From a virus: a stretch of 63,823 nucleotides of DNA. Below are positions 34,901 through 41,981 of the stretch, piece after piece (position 1 is the stretch's first letter; every line of letters starts with the position of its first letter). Location of the stretch: the IMG/VR virus record IMGVR_UViG_3300042376_000206; one strand, given 5' to 3'. A program made the position numbers and the translations under genes. The notes under the pieces were generated by a model that ran no database searches, was not told where the DNA came from, and saw nothing but the letters and a program-made list of their open reading frames with translations.

Positions 34901-37900
34901 GCCGTGGCCGGAAGTTCTTTTTCTTCAAACAGATCAGCCTGCTTGGTCGGAGCTTTGGCAGGCTCACGCTCTTCTTCATCAAAGCGTTGGCCTTGGGCCT
35001 CAAGCTCACGCCGCTCTGAGGCAGGCATTGGCTTGGTAATGACGGGCGCTTGCTCCTCACCAAAGTCAAACCCTTGCTGCGCCAGTTGCGCACGCTCGTC
35101 CTCGGTAAGCCGCCTAGCCGGTGCGCCTTCTTCTGCTTCCGACAGCCCCAATGCGTCATCTATCTCGCGCAAGAGCTTGGCATCTTCGCCGGTAGCAGCA
35201 CGCTGCTCAACTCCTACAGGCGCAACCGTGGGCCGAGGTCCGGCAAGACGCTTGTTCAAGTTCTCCAGTTGCGTCTCGTATGTAGCCAGAAGGGTTTGAG
35301 CCTTGCGCTTCTTGGCAGGCGTCAACTCTTTGCCGTTCTCATCTACACCGGATGCCACCAAACGCTGCTGCGCTTGATACTGGCGATTGATCTCGTCCCT
35401 GCGGAACGCCAGTGCGTCGTAGCCCTTTTGCGCCCGTGCGCCCTCTACACCGCCCGTGACGGCGGTGGTACGTCCTTGCAGCACCCGCGTGGCCAGCGTC
35501 TCGGCAGCATCGAGCAAACCTGCGGTAAACGGTGCAGGGCCAGCTTTACCTTCAGGCCCGACTGCGGTCAGCACATCGCGCCCACCACGACCGGCTTCAA
35601 TAGCTGCCTGCGCACGCTGCAGACCCTCCACAATCTCAGGGGCCAAATCAGGCCGCGTTTGCAGAGCGCGGGTAATTAGGTTGCCTACATACTCACGACG
35701 CCGACGCAGTTCACCACCCAATGTTTCGGCAGTCTCACCACGCGCTTCAGCCGTTTTTTGCGCTTCCGTAATCGCGTACTGTGGGCGCAGCAGCGACTCA
35801 GCACGACGACCTTCTTCAGGCACAGCACTCAGTCGGCTAGAAATCTGCCGGAGTTGCTCTTGCAGTACTGCAGTAGCGGCTTTTTGAGCGCCAAACTGGC
35901 GCTCTTCCAGGGGTCGAGTATCGACAAGACGCGCCTTGCCCTTATCCACCAACACCATCGAGTACGTGCCGTCCTTGTTGCGGCGACGTTCGTAGGCAGG
36001 GCGGCGGGGCTGATACTTTTCGTAAGCGCGGCGGAACTCATCCGCTGCCTGGATTTCAGCCTTGCGGCGCTCTTCACCGGTCAGTTCAACTGCGCCGGTC
36101 TTTTCCGTCAGAGCAAGCCGCTCTGACTCCGTCATGTCGCGCAAGGACTTGCCCGAAGCCGCCTCACGCTCAGTCAACTTCTTGGCCAGCGCCGCCTGTA
36201 CGGTCTGCTTCTTGTAGTCTTCCAGAGCGGCGTTCAGCCACTGCTGGTCAGTGAGCGACGGCATGCGCTCATAGGTCTTGATGAGGTCTTCGGCGCTACG
36301 GGGCTTGGCCGCAGAGCGCGTGACCCACTCATCAAAAACCTGCTGCATCTGAAGTGCAGCCTTGAGTGCGTCGTCCTGAGACAGCGCCTTGCCAAACATC
36401 CGCTGCGTAGCTGCAGCTTCCTTGATGGCAGCGTCGATGAATCGAGCGCGGGCCTTGTCAACCTGGACGCGAAGCGTCTCGGCGGTAGAAGAAGCTGCAC
36501 CTTGCTGTTCTTTGTCGCCCAGGGTAAGGCCGCTGCGCAGGTCATCAATCAGACCCGCTGCATCCATCAGGGCGCTGTCCTGCTCCTTGCGGAGCTTAGA
36601 AATCAGCGATGCGTTGCCGCCCTGCTGCTCAATCTGGTTGAGCACCTGCTGTGCGTTTTCACGCTCTTTGCTCTTGGCGGCTCCGACTTCACGGTTGCCT
36701 GCGGCAAACGCCTGCTCTGCTGCCTTGGCGGCAGCATCTCGTTGCGCAATGGCTTCGTCCAAACGCTGCAGAAATACAGTACCACGTCGATCCACCGTCG
36801 CCCCTTCGGGCACTTCCACAGTAGGCGTGCCTTTAAGCGCGGTGTTGACGAGGTTGGTCAGGTTAGTGTCAAACGTACTCTCTCTGCGCTCTGCATCAAG
36901 CGCCTCTTGATCCTGCTGCCACTGCTCCAAGAACAGTTGTTGCGGTTCTGTGCGTTGCGCTTTGAGTAGCTCGGTTTCGCCGGGGAAAGCCAATCTGCCC
37001 TGCAGTCTGGCTTGTGCACGCAAAAGCTCTTGCATGCGCTCAAGGATGAGGTTGCTTTGCGGGCGACTCATCCCAGGCAGTTGTGCCTTGGTTTCAATCA
37101 GCTTAGCTGCGGCGGCAGGGTCTTGAATCAGGTATTTGGGAATGTCTCGGCCAGTACCCATGCCAGCGTTAATGTTCTGCTGAGCAAGCTCCAGGCGCTC
37201 TTTAGCGTAGGCTTCCAGTTCCGCACGCTCTGCGTCTTCTGGGGCTGCAGGCTCCAGCCCCAGGATTTCCGCTTCAATATCCGCAGCTTCCGGCGCTGCT
37301 GCTTTAGCGGCAGGCTTCAACTGCACCATACGCGCCTTGATGCGCTTGGCTTCATCCGAGGTGCGATCAAGCTGCTTGAGACGCGCCTTGAGTCTGGTGT
37401 ATTCCGCTTCGTTTGCCGCCTTGGCTTCAGCATCAAACTGCTCAAGCATATAGTCTTCAGGCGTCATCCCTGCTACACGCTGCTGCTCGGCAAACTGCTT
37501 GAAGAACTTCTCGCCACCCGCCCGGTTGTAGTCCTTGACGATCTGCGAAAGCTCAGTCCTTTGGAAGTCCTTGTATTCTTTGCGAAGCTCCTTGGCCCTG
37601 GCCAATGAGGCAGGGTCATCCTTCTGCGCGTCAAGCGCCTTGATCTCGGCCTTGTAGGCGTTGTCTTTTTCCTTGGCGGCTTGGTAGTCCGCTTGCAGTT
37701 TCGTCAGGTACTCCGGCTGCTTGCGCTTCTCGGCTTCTTCGGCTTCGAGCTTGGCCTTTTCTTCAAGCGCAGCTCTGCGCTGATCTTGGGCAACTTCGTC
37801 TAGCTTTCTACGCGCAAGCCCCTGCTCACCACCACGCTCAACGAAGCGGCCCACAGGCGACAAGCCAGCGCCAAGCACGGCACCACCAATAAAGCTGTCG

Positions 37901-38721
37901 ATGTACTCCTCACGAGCGCCTGGGTCTGAAATCGAAAGACCTGCTTGCAGGCGCTCAAAGTACTGCTGACCAGCTTCGGTCAAGCCTTCAATACCGGCGG
38001 TGCGCGCGCCAGTCTTAGCGTAGTCAGCAAAAGTCTGCTTGAAACCTTGCTCGGCAATGCGCTTGGCTTCGGCCTCGGTGATGTCTTTACCAACCGACCT
38101 AAACAGGTTGCGCACCAGCGGCAGCGCCTTCAAACTGACAATATCAAGCGCAGCCTGGGGGACGGCAGCGGCTGCGGCAGCAGCACCGCTAGCCCGCTCA
38201 AGCGACACCTCCTCACCACGCTCCTTTTGGGCTTCCAGTTGGCGAGCAAGGTTGGTGCCAGTGAACTGCGCCAGAGATGCCAAACCAGCACCGGCAGTGC
38301 CGACGATAGGTGCAGCCGCACCAAGCGGAATAGCCGCAGCACCGGCGGCAACAGGTGCCAACATGTACGGCAGCGACCCGCCAAGGAGTTCGCCAAACTT
38401 GGTGAGCGGTGCCTCAGTCCAACCTTTTTCGGTGGGACGGAAAATGCCCCGAGCAATATCTTCCTGCTCGGCCTGATACCGCTGGGCGTCCTTCTCGTTT
38501 ATGAAGCCGAGCTTGCCGCCAAGCAACGCGGCCTCACCCCTTATCGATTGAGCAGACGCCTTGAAGGCCGCGCCAAAACCAGACTCAGGCTCGCGCTCAG
38601 GCTCACGTCGAACAAAGGCTTCAGGGTATTCCCTACGCGCACGCGCAAATGCCTGCTGCGGGGTTTCGCCCTCCCGCACTGTGACGTAACTGCCGTTTGG
38701 GAGGGGTACGTACTGAGCCAT
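28777..38721 (-). CDS. giant (3314 aa) virion/ejection-type polyvalent protein
   Basis: A single uninterrupted ORF and last gene of the late arm, after three ejection-type genes. The N-terminus has Gly/Ala-rich hydrophobic segments. There is about 1400 aa of Ala/Glu/Lys/Arg/Gln coiled-coil-like sequence. The globular second half carries LLHEVGAHIG and WHGTGKVFKEFDH..GTGEGAQVFGFGTY. A hydrophobic C-terminal region includes LIARGTMLAGMSMMYAMAM. Confidence 0.85.
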   Translation of the reverse strand: MAQYVPLPNGSYVTVREGETPQQAFARARREYPEAFVRREPEREPESGFGAAFKASAQSIRGEAALLGGKLGFINEKDAQRYQAEQEDIARGIFRPTEKGWTEAPLTKFGELLGGSLPYMLAPVAAGAAAIPLGAAAPIVGTAGAGLASLAQFTGTNLARQLEAQKERGEEVSLERASGAAAAAAAVPQAALDIVSLKALPLVRNLFRSVGKDITEAEAKRIAEQGFKQTFADYAKTGARTAGIEGLTEAGQQYFERLQAGLSISDPGAREEYIDSFIGGAVLGAGLSPVGRFVERGGEQGLARRKLDEVAQDQRRAALEEKAKLEAEEAEKRKQPEYLTKLQADYQAAKEKDNAYKAEIKALDAQKDDPASLARAKELRKEYKDFQRTELSQIVKDYNRAGGEKFFKQFAEQQRVAGMTPEDYMLEQFDAEAKAANEAEYTRLKARLKQLDRTSDEAKRIKARMVQLKPAAKAAAPEAADIEAEILGLEPAAPEDAERAELEAYAKERLELAQQNINAGMGTGRDIPKYLIQDPAAAAKLIETKAQLPGMSRPQSNLILERMQELLRAQARLQGRLAFPGETELLKAQRTEPQQLFLEQWQQDQEALDAERRESTFDTNLTNLVNTALKGTPTVEVPEGATVDRRGTVFLQRLDEAIAQRDAAAKAAEQAFAAGNREVGAAKSKERENAQQVLNQIEQQGGNASLISKLRKEQDSALMDAAGLIDDLRSGLTLGDKEQQGAASSTAETLRVQVDKARARFIDAAIKEAAATQRMFGKALSQDDALKAALQMQQVFDEWVTRSAAKPRSAEDLIKTYERMPSLTDQQWLNAALEDYKKQTVQAALAKKLTEREAASGKSLRDMTESERLALTEKTGAVELTGEERRKAEIQAADEFRRAYEKYQPRRPAYERRRNKDGTYSMVLVDKGKARLVDTRPLEERQFGAQKAATAVLQEQLRQISSRLSAVPEEGRRAESLLRPQYAITEAQKTAEARGETAETLGGELRRRREYVGNLITRALQTRPDLAPEIVEGLQRAQAAIEAGRGGRDVLTAVGPEGKAGPAPFTAGLLDAAETLATRVLQGRTTAVTGGVEGARAQKGYDALAFRRDEINRQYQAQQRLVASGVDENGKELTPAKKRKAQTLLATYETQLENLNKRLAGPRPTVAPVGVEQRAATGEDAKLLREIDDALGLSEAEEGAPARRLTEDERAQLAQQGFDFGEEQAPVITKPMPASERRELEAQGQRFDEEEREPAKAPTKQADLFEEKELPATAFARATARNFENSPPVKKARAAVERGKKLLADVKEAWDAKDAQDKAKRNQKIGETQEAIEKQREVYRETFQAALKKAQMAEITERFQKEITAVLQSLQAVSKERAAAVAAGDMDAVRLIDVIRTEETNALLKLQADLATALEKPSQNIEPAETTGMRGFVLSSELQAAADEWVTFERDRLTKLEDKLKRLQGAERKDAAKELVAQRKAVQEATISTGRAMSGLGLPGIRRQAGRVTPISSAEELAREQAAEARERADEVQKLADARKAAAEERETELEDRILEIGNEVAEKEAAIGRARTDATKERLNSEIAELKREAAMLEEQLGTPELSRTEKRKARKAQKTTFKGKGVGSEKELLGPLTEKLRDLEIDVKKRLRSEGLFKSDEQVTVLAMQQLTPYERRVLESRFKKQETSTQRTKRLQGAFEAMAAEKKGAERIADMYEGVEDVLDSVRIGNEDIRFSKAKGKPNNPQTAATLGEELEKALGIKGLRADKVKIYNNLAELIAAHPEFKDKIPDDAVGFVYGPKRGEPTAYLIANNIGKGDGLAILLHEVGAHIGFRNLFSESQYRGLANAVKSWTTRPEYTIEGRIGRAAIARAKAAKTSAAQMDDEIIAYAVEEAVKAGIRPDAEAKEGGVVRAWLKAIADKFMQALRVFGVNPGNLKVGDLVNMAYGAAHLELRGTWHGTGKVFKEFDHSFMGTGEGAQVFGFGTYRAQRYSTAQHYQQQEAEKQLDDWRNSPKIKAWWESQRHKVNGLTASDLFHLMEYKPYIDDGATELDSFDAAGTLFEYGYDAAGFKKAKDAIDKAGLSALTGEEISDLAAYMDLADADVLAKLSLYNTPTARIKGAISKPALRDKVADFIFDGVTTKLTYDGKTDTELYGSKDPYEKAVGRVLLDIYGAKPGADLRALFVERLKKSKEEAKTEIADAKKYGAMGGNKKNRDFWKKQIEEYTAELEALNQIDVNRLGGANVTEPPVPRPKGVMKRVLGVRPESEYYMLDLPLKDQNEYVKNAVANALGDVPTPKRTARIDADDARLLTEAAKAGLPKRPNYLFTTKLQAVFDSGKTKQDFISELESVFRNNGLTPKDASMWLFKHGIAGHKYLDRAARSGKVTDTDARFNYVDFGDKAEGPTIVAANIDRVGQADEILFSRAPKYNAAMEGAGLTADKMISQSPSTYAKFKQSMLGLGFRTRFLDALAPLEKVSGMVGDAVKGMQMMYYLRMYGMRMNFTSLSLSEGVPQLMEKKRRDGGTEWIIESVPGVSIKQIVERLSRKDVVKAAGSADAANRLSTLYLAKLRADNKGYDKLNFGRAAAEAELKEIEQELASGKLSADDKIRVKQREAHLRKTIDSLPTEADIKSAFAEIEANPTLKEAFADVREMYNEYNQNLLRFMVQTSAMSKEEADRLLKEKDYIPYYRVRNGVAELMIGGLTPVRIGNLKDSPHLQELVGGEEPIFNFLDSSVQNTSMLIDMAMRNIAVKNAMWEMASVGLAKIRKAGKRGAPQGAVEFKIDGEDWFAIVDTDHIGIPSELLTKGLAGIPTMFPQAIELMGIPARFLRRAITASPVYAGRQLFRDSLSSYMASGSNAPPVLGALQQIGRASSVDRRGITGGQVFTGTSEDKARLLREMQEGRPGWAKAFSKLEAMSMEADAATRRAQYESYINQGLSEMEATFMALESMNFARRGIDPSVQLLTTLIPFMNAQIQSLDVLYRSLRGQMPMNERLQIKEKLIARGTMLAGMSMMYAMAMQDDETYKNARPDEKYNNWFVPIPGFDEKLRVPIPFELGYIFKALPEALINGIYAERGADEAVDALKGIIRNMIPGGGNYGVPAAFKPLIEVGLGKSFFTGRDLESAAEQMQEPWARYRENTSETAKLLGRLFNISPIKIETLVSGYTGSLGMALMQVPNVVLPTPETDLPEKRMSQMPLVGTLFQPKDAAGIIDDTFERLKDYTAAKETYEGLVEKGELARADAYLRDNLEKIQLASLSGTFRQQIGEITKAERQVRGSTLTSQEKRDLLDDLRQAKILVASSVRDTLGRIEAR

Positions 38722-38733
38722 GTTCTGCAGCGA

Positions 38734-40737
38734 TTAGGGGAGGACAGGTGCGCCAGCGGGTGGCGCCGAAACGGGTCGAACGCCTATACCTTGAATGTAG
38801 GCATTAACCGCATCATAAGCGTCCTTGTTAGATTTCTTCAACATTTCCAATGCACCTGGAGTTGAAAGTAGTTTGCCTGCAAGCGTGGCCATTGCCTGCT
38901 CACTGGTCTTGGCCTGCTGTACAAAAGTAAAGCCTTCTTTGACGTCACCGTTGCCCAACGCTGCGTACAGTTTTTGTTCAGGTCCAGGCAACGTAGCAAG
39001 TTCCCGACGGAGATCGGCGTCGGCTTTGGCAAGCGCCTCTCTGCTACCAATATCAATTTTCTGCATGTACTCGCGGTGGGCAAAATCAAGTCTCTGCCGT
39101 TTATCTGCCGCTTCGATTTCGCGCTCTTTAGCGAAGAACCCTGCGGCAAGTTGACCTCTCTTAAGCCCCAGGTCTTGTTCGGCGCTAAGGAAGTAACGCT
39201 CACTGGCTGTCTGCTGCTCGTCGGCCCGCTCCATACGGTCCAAGGCTTCTTTGGTGTCGCCTTTGGCTTCCAAGCGCCGAGCTTCTTGGATGTTGGCCAG
39301 TTGCAGATCACGCTGCTTACCGGCTTCTTTGAGTTTAGAAACCGCCGCTTGGTACTCCTTGGCACCGATGTTAAAGCCCTTGGCGATATTGACCAGGGCG
39401 TTGGGCGACTCTCCAGAAGCCACAGCCAATCCGGCGCTGATAAGCCCCCAGGCGCCAGCTTGACTCATTTCTCTTTCTGCACCTTCGGCCTGCTTTTTCA
39501 GCAACGCCTCAAGCCCAGCCTGTGCTGGCTCAGTGGGCGTGGCTTCTTCGCGCCGTGCCTGAGCAGTCAGCCTGCGGGCGTCTTCCCGTATGCGCTGTTT
39601 CCTAAGTGCCTCCTCATATGCGCCTGTGGGCAGGAAAGTCCCCGCCACATCCATTGCGCCTTGCGGCGTCAACGCAGACATAAACTCACGCGCAGTAGGC
39701 GCTGTTCCGGGAGCACTCGTAGCCGCTCCAGCAGCCGTGCCAGGAGCCGTTGGACGTTGTGCGGCAACACCAGGGGCGGCACCAGGGGCGGCACCAGGGG
39801 CGGCACCACCAACAGGCGCACCTCTTTGCGCTGCAGCAACCTGACCGGCTTGAACTTGAGGCATGCGAGCGCCCCGTTGCTCAGCTTCCGGGCCGTACGC
39901 AGCCTCAATATCCTCGTAAGGCACGGGCATAGAGGCCAAAGAAGCCGCCGTCAACGCCGTTTTTTCAGGCGTCGGTTGTTTTTGCGGGGCGGGTGGTTTA
40001 GCCCGAGCACGTGCTTCTGCGTCTAGCTTTTCGTAAAGCGCGGGGGCTTTCTCACGGATCACGTCCTTGATACCAAGAAGACCATACTGCTTAAGCGCCT
40101 TGAGTTGCGACTCCGTCAATGACGGAAGCAGTCGATCAATAACCGCAGCAGTCTCTACGTCCGTGTCGGTTTGCTCCATGAACAAGCCTGGAATACCTGC
40201 ACGAGAACCGTATGTAGTAGACAGGTCGCTACGCAGTCGAGCCTCACTAGGCCCAAAAAAGCTCTGGTATAGCCGACCCATGCTGCGACCAAAAGGCGTA
40301 GTGCCTCCCTCATCAAACCGCTGCACCGCACCGCCCTCGGCCATGCGCACGACAGGCTCGCTGCGTTGGGTAAAGTCAAACATGCCGCCGCGAGAGAACG
40401 CGTCTTCAGCGGTGTCCGAGACGCCGCCTTCGGCGTAACCTGCGATACCACCATCAGCCATGCGCTCCATGTTGGGTGCTTGCAGTCCGGCAATACCGGG
40501 CGCTGGCTGGGGCTGCTGACCCATCGCCATGAGGGCTTGATCTGCCACCTTGGGTTGAGGCTGGGCCATTTGCGCCTGAGCGGCTTGACGCATCTTCTTT
40601 CGCGCCATGTCCTCAGCAATCACCATCGGGAAGATGTACGGGTCTTGCTTGTACATCTGCGCTACGCGCTGCAATGCCTGATCCGGCATCATGCGCAGTT
40701 GCTCAGTGAACTGATTGACGTTCGGAATCATGCTCAA
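38734..40737 (-). CDS. internal virion/ejection protein candidate (667 aa)
   Basis: ORF track. Gln/Ala/Pro-rich with an (APGA)n tract and a coiled-coil C-terminal half. Position is equivalent to podovirus core proteins. Confidence 0.7.
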   Translation of the reverse strand: MSMIPNVNQFTEQLRMMPDQALQRVAQMYKQDPYIFPMVIAEDMARKKMRQAAQAQMAQPQPKVADQALMAMGQQPQPAPGIAGLQAPNMERMADGGIAGYAEGGVSDTAEDAFSRGGMFDFTQRSEPVVRMAEGGAVQRFDEGGTTPFGRSMGRLYQSFFGPSEARLRSDLSTTYGSRAGIPGLFMEQTDTDVETAAVIDRLLPSLTESQLKALKQYGLLGIKDVIREKAPALYEKLDAEARARAKPPAPQKQPTPEKTALTAASLASMPVPYEDIEAAYGPEAEQRGARMPQVQAGQVAAAQRGAPVGGAAPGAAPGAAPGVAAQRPTAPGTAAGAATSAPGTAPTAREFMSALTPQGAMDVAGTFLPTGAYEEALRKQRIREDARRLTAQARREEATPTEPAQAGLEALLKKQAEGAEREMSQAGAWGLISAGLAVASGESPNALVNIAKGFNIGAKEYQAAVSKLKEAGKQRDLQLANIQEARRLEAKGDTKEALDRMERADEQQTASERYFLSAEQDLGLKRGQLAAGFFAKEREIEAADKRQRLDFAHREYMQKIDIGSREALAKADADLRRELATLPGPEQKLYAALGNGDVKEGFTFVQQAKTSEQAMATLAGKLLSTPGALEMLKKSNKDAYDAVNAYIQGIGVRPVSAPPAGAPVLP
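39769..39804. repeat. 12-bp x3 perfect tandem repeat (accaggggcggc)
   Basis: Read directly. Encodes the AAPGAAPGAAPG part of the 667-aa protein. Confidence 0.9.
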
Positions 40738-41972
40738 CGCCCCATGTTGTAGATTGCCAGATCAGCCAGACCTGCGGGTTTCTCTCGGTACTCGGCGTCC
40801 TCGACTTCGCCGCCACCCTTCATACCAAACAGCTTGCTTGCGCCCAGAGCGGCGGTGCCCAAACCAGCAACTTGAGATATGGCAGAAGGCGGCTGCTGAT
40901 ACAGCGCCGAGCCAGTCTGCGTCAGTGGCACGCCACGGATGATGTCGGACATGAAGCCCAACTGCTTGTACGGGTAGTTCTGGTAGTTGAGGAAGTCTTG
41001 GTACTGAGCGCCCAAGATGTCCTGCATGCGCTGCTGTTGCTGCTGACCGTACTGAGCCTGCAACTGGTTGAGCGCAAGGTTCTGGCCAAACTGCGTCTGA
41101 CCCAGACTGCCAAGTTGTTGCGCTGACTGAAGCGCCGCTTGCAGACCCTGCAACCCCAGACCGGCGCCATACTGACGTGACTGCTCGCCAAGCTGCGCAG
41201 CGGCTTGACCGTACTGAGCGCCGAGCCCTGCTTGCTGCATCAGGTTGCCGTAGCCAAACTGACGAGACTGTTCAGCGGCTTGCTGCGCCTGCATCCGAGC
41301 CTGTTGGTTGGCCATCTGCGCCTGGAGCCGAGCGCCTTGCTCGGCGTTGAACTGCTGCTGTGCTTGCTGATACGCGGCCTGCAATCCTTGGGCTTGGATG
41401 CCCCCCATCTGCGTGGCAAGGTTGCGTTGCGCTTCGGCGTTCTCGATGGCTTGACGCGCACCACCAAACGCACCGGCACGGGCGTACTTCTGACCCCGAG
41501 CAGTAGCGGCGATGTCCGCTTGGCGCTGTGCTTCGCGCTGCTGAACGTCCACCACGCTCTGCATGTACGGAGACATAAAACTTTGAGCCGCGTTGGGATC
41601 GGCAAACGTCTGCGTGCCAACGCCAGAAGCCGTGAACGCTGTGGGCGTGTATGCGCCCAGCCCCTGGTAGAAGTTGCCAAACTGGGAAGGCTGATACTGG
41701 TTGTAAGCCAACGCCCGAAGACCTGCGGTGCCTGCCAGGGCCGAAGCATCGGCCAACTGAGGAGCCGCCTCCATCGCCTGGGCACCGGCAAACGCCTGCT
41801 GCTGCAGCGGGGTGAACTGAGCAAACCGCTCACCCATGTACTGCTGGTACGGGTTGTACTCAACGTCGGTTAGCGCCTCGGCTTTACCGAGCAGCGCCTC
41901 TGCATAAGGTGCGACGACAGGAGCAAAGCCTGTCTGGTACTGCTGTACTTGGTACGGGGTGGGATCAGCCAT
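40734..41972 (-). CDS. internal virion/ejection protein candidate, Gln-rich (412 aa)
   Basis: ORF track. Very Gln/Ala/Gly-rich. 4-nt overlap with the downstream gene. Confidence 0.7.
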   Translation of the reverse strand: MADPTPYQVQQYQTGFAPVVAPYAEALLGKAEALTDVEYNPYQQYMGERFAQFTPLQQQAFAGAQAMEAAPQLADASALAGTAGLRALAYNQYQPSQFGNFYQGLGAYTPTAFTASGVGTQTFADPNAAQSFMSPYMQSVVDVQQREAQRQADIAATARGQKYARAGAFGGARQAIENAEAQRNLATQMGGIQAQGLQAAYQQAQQQFNAEQGARLQAQMANQQARMQAQQAAEQSRQFGYGNLMQQAGLGAQYGQAAAQLGEQSRQYGAGLGLQGLQAALQSAQQLGSLGQTQFGQNLALNQLQAQYGQQQQQRMQDILGAQYQDFLNYQNYPYKQLGFMSDIIRGVPLTQTGSALYQQPPSAISQVAGLGTAALGASKLFGMKGGGEVEDAEYREKPAGLADLAIYNMGR

Positions 41973-41981
41973 GATGCTTCC

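Noticed and set aside
28777-38721. The giant protein as an N4-like or crAss-like virion RNA polymerase.
   Set aside because: Almost half of it is coiled-coil-like. I saw no T7-type motifs (Rx3Kx7YG, catalytic Asp pairs in context) and no DxDGD double-psi barrel motif. A profile search is still needed to exclude it.
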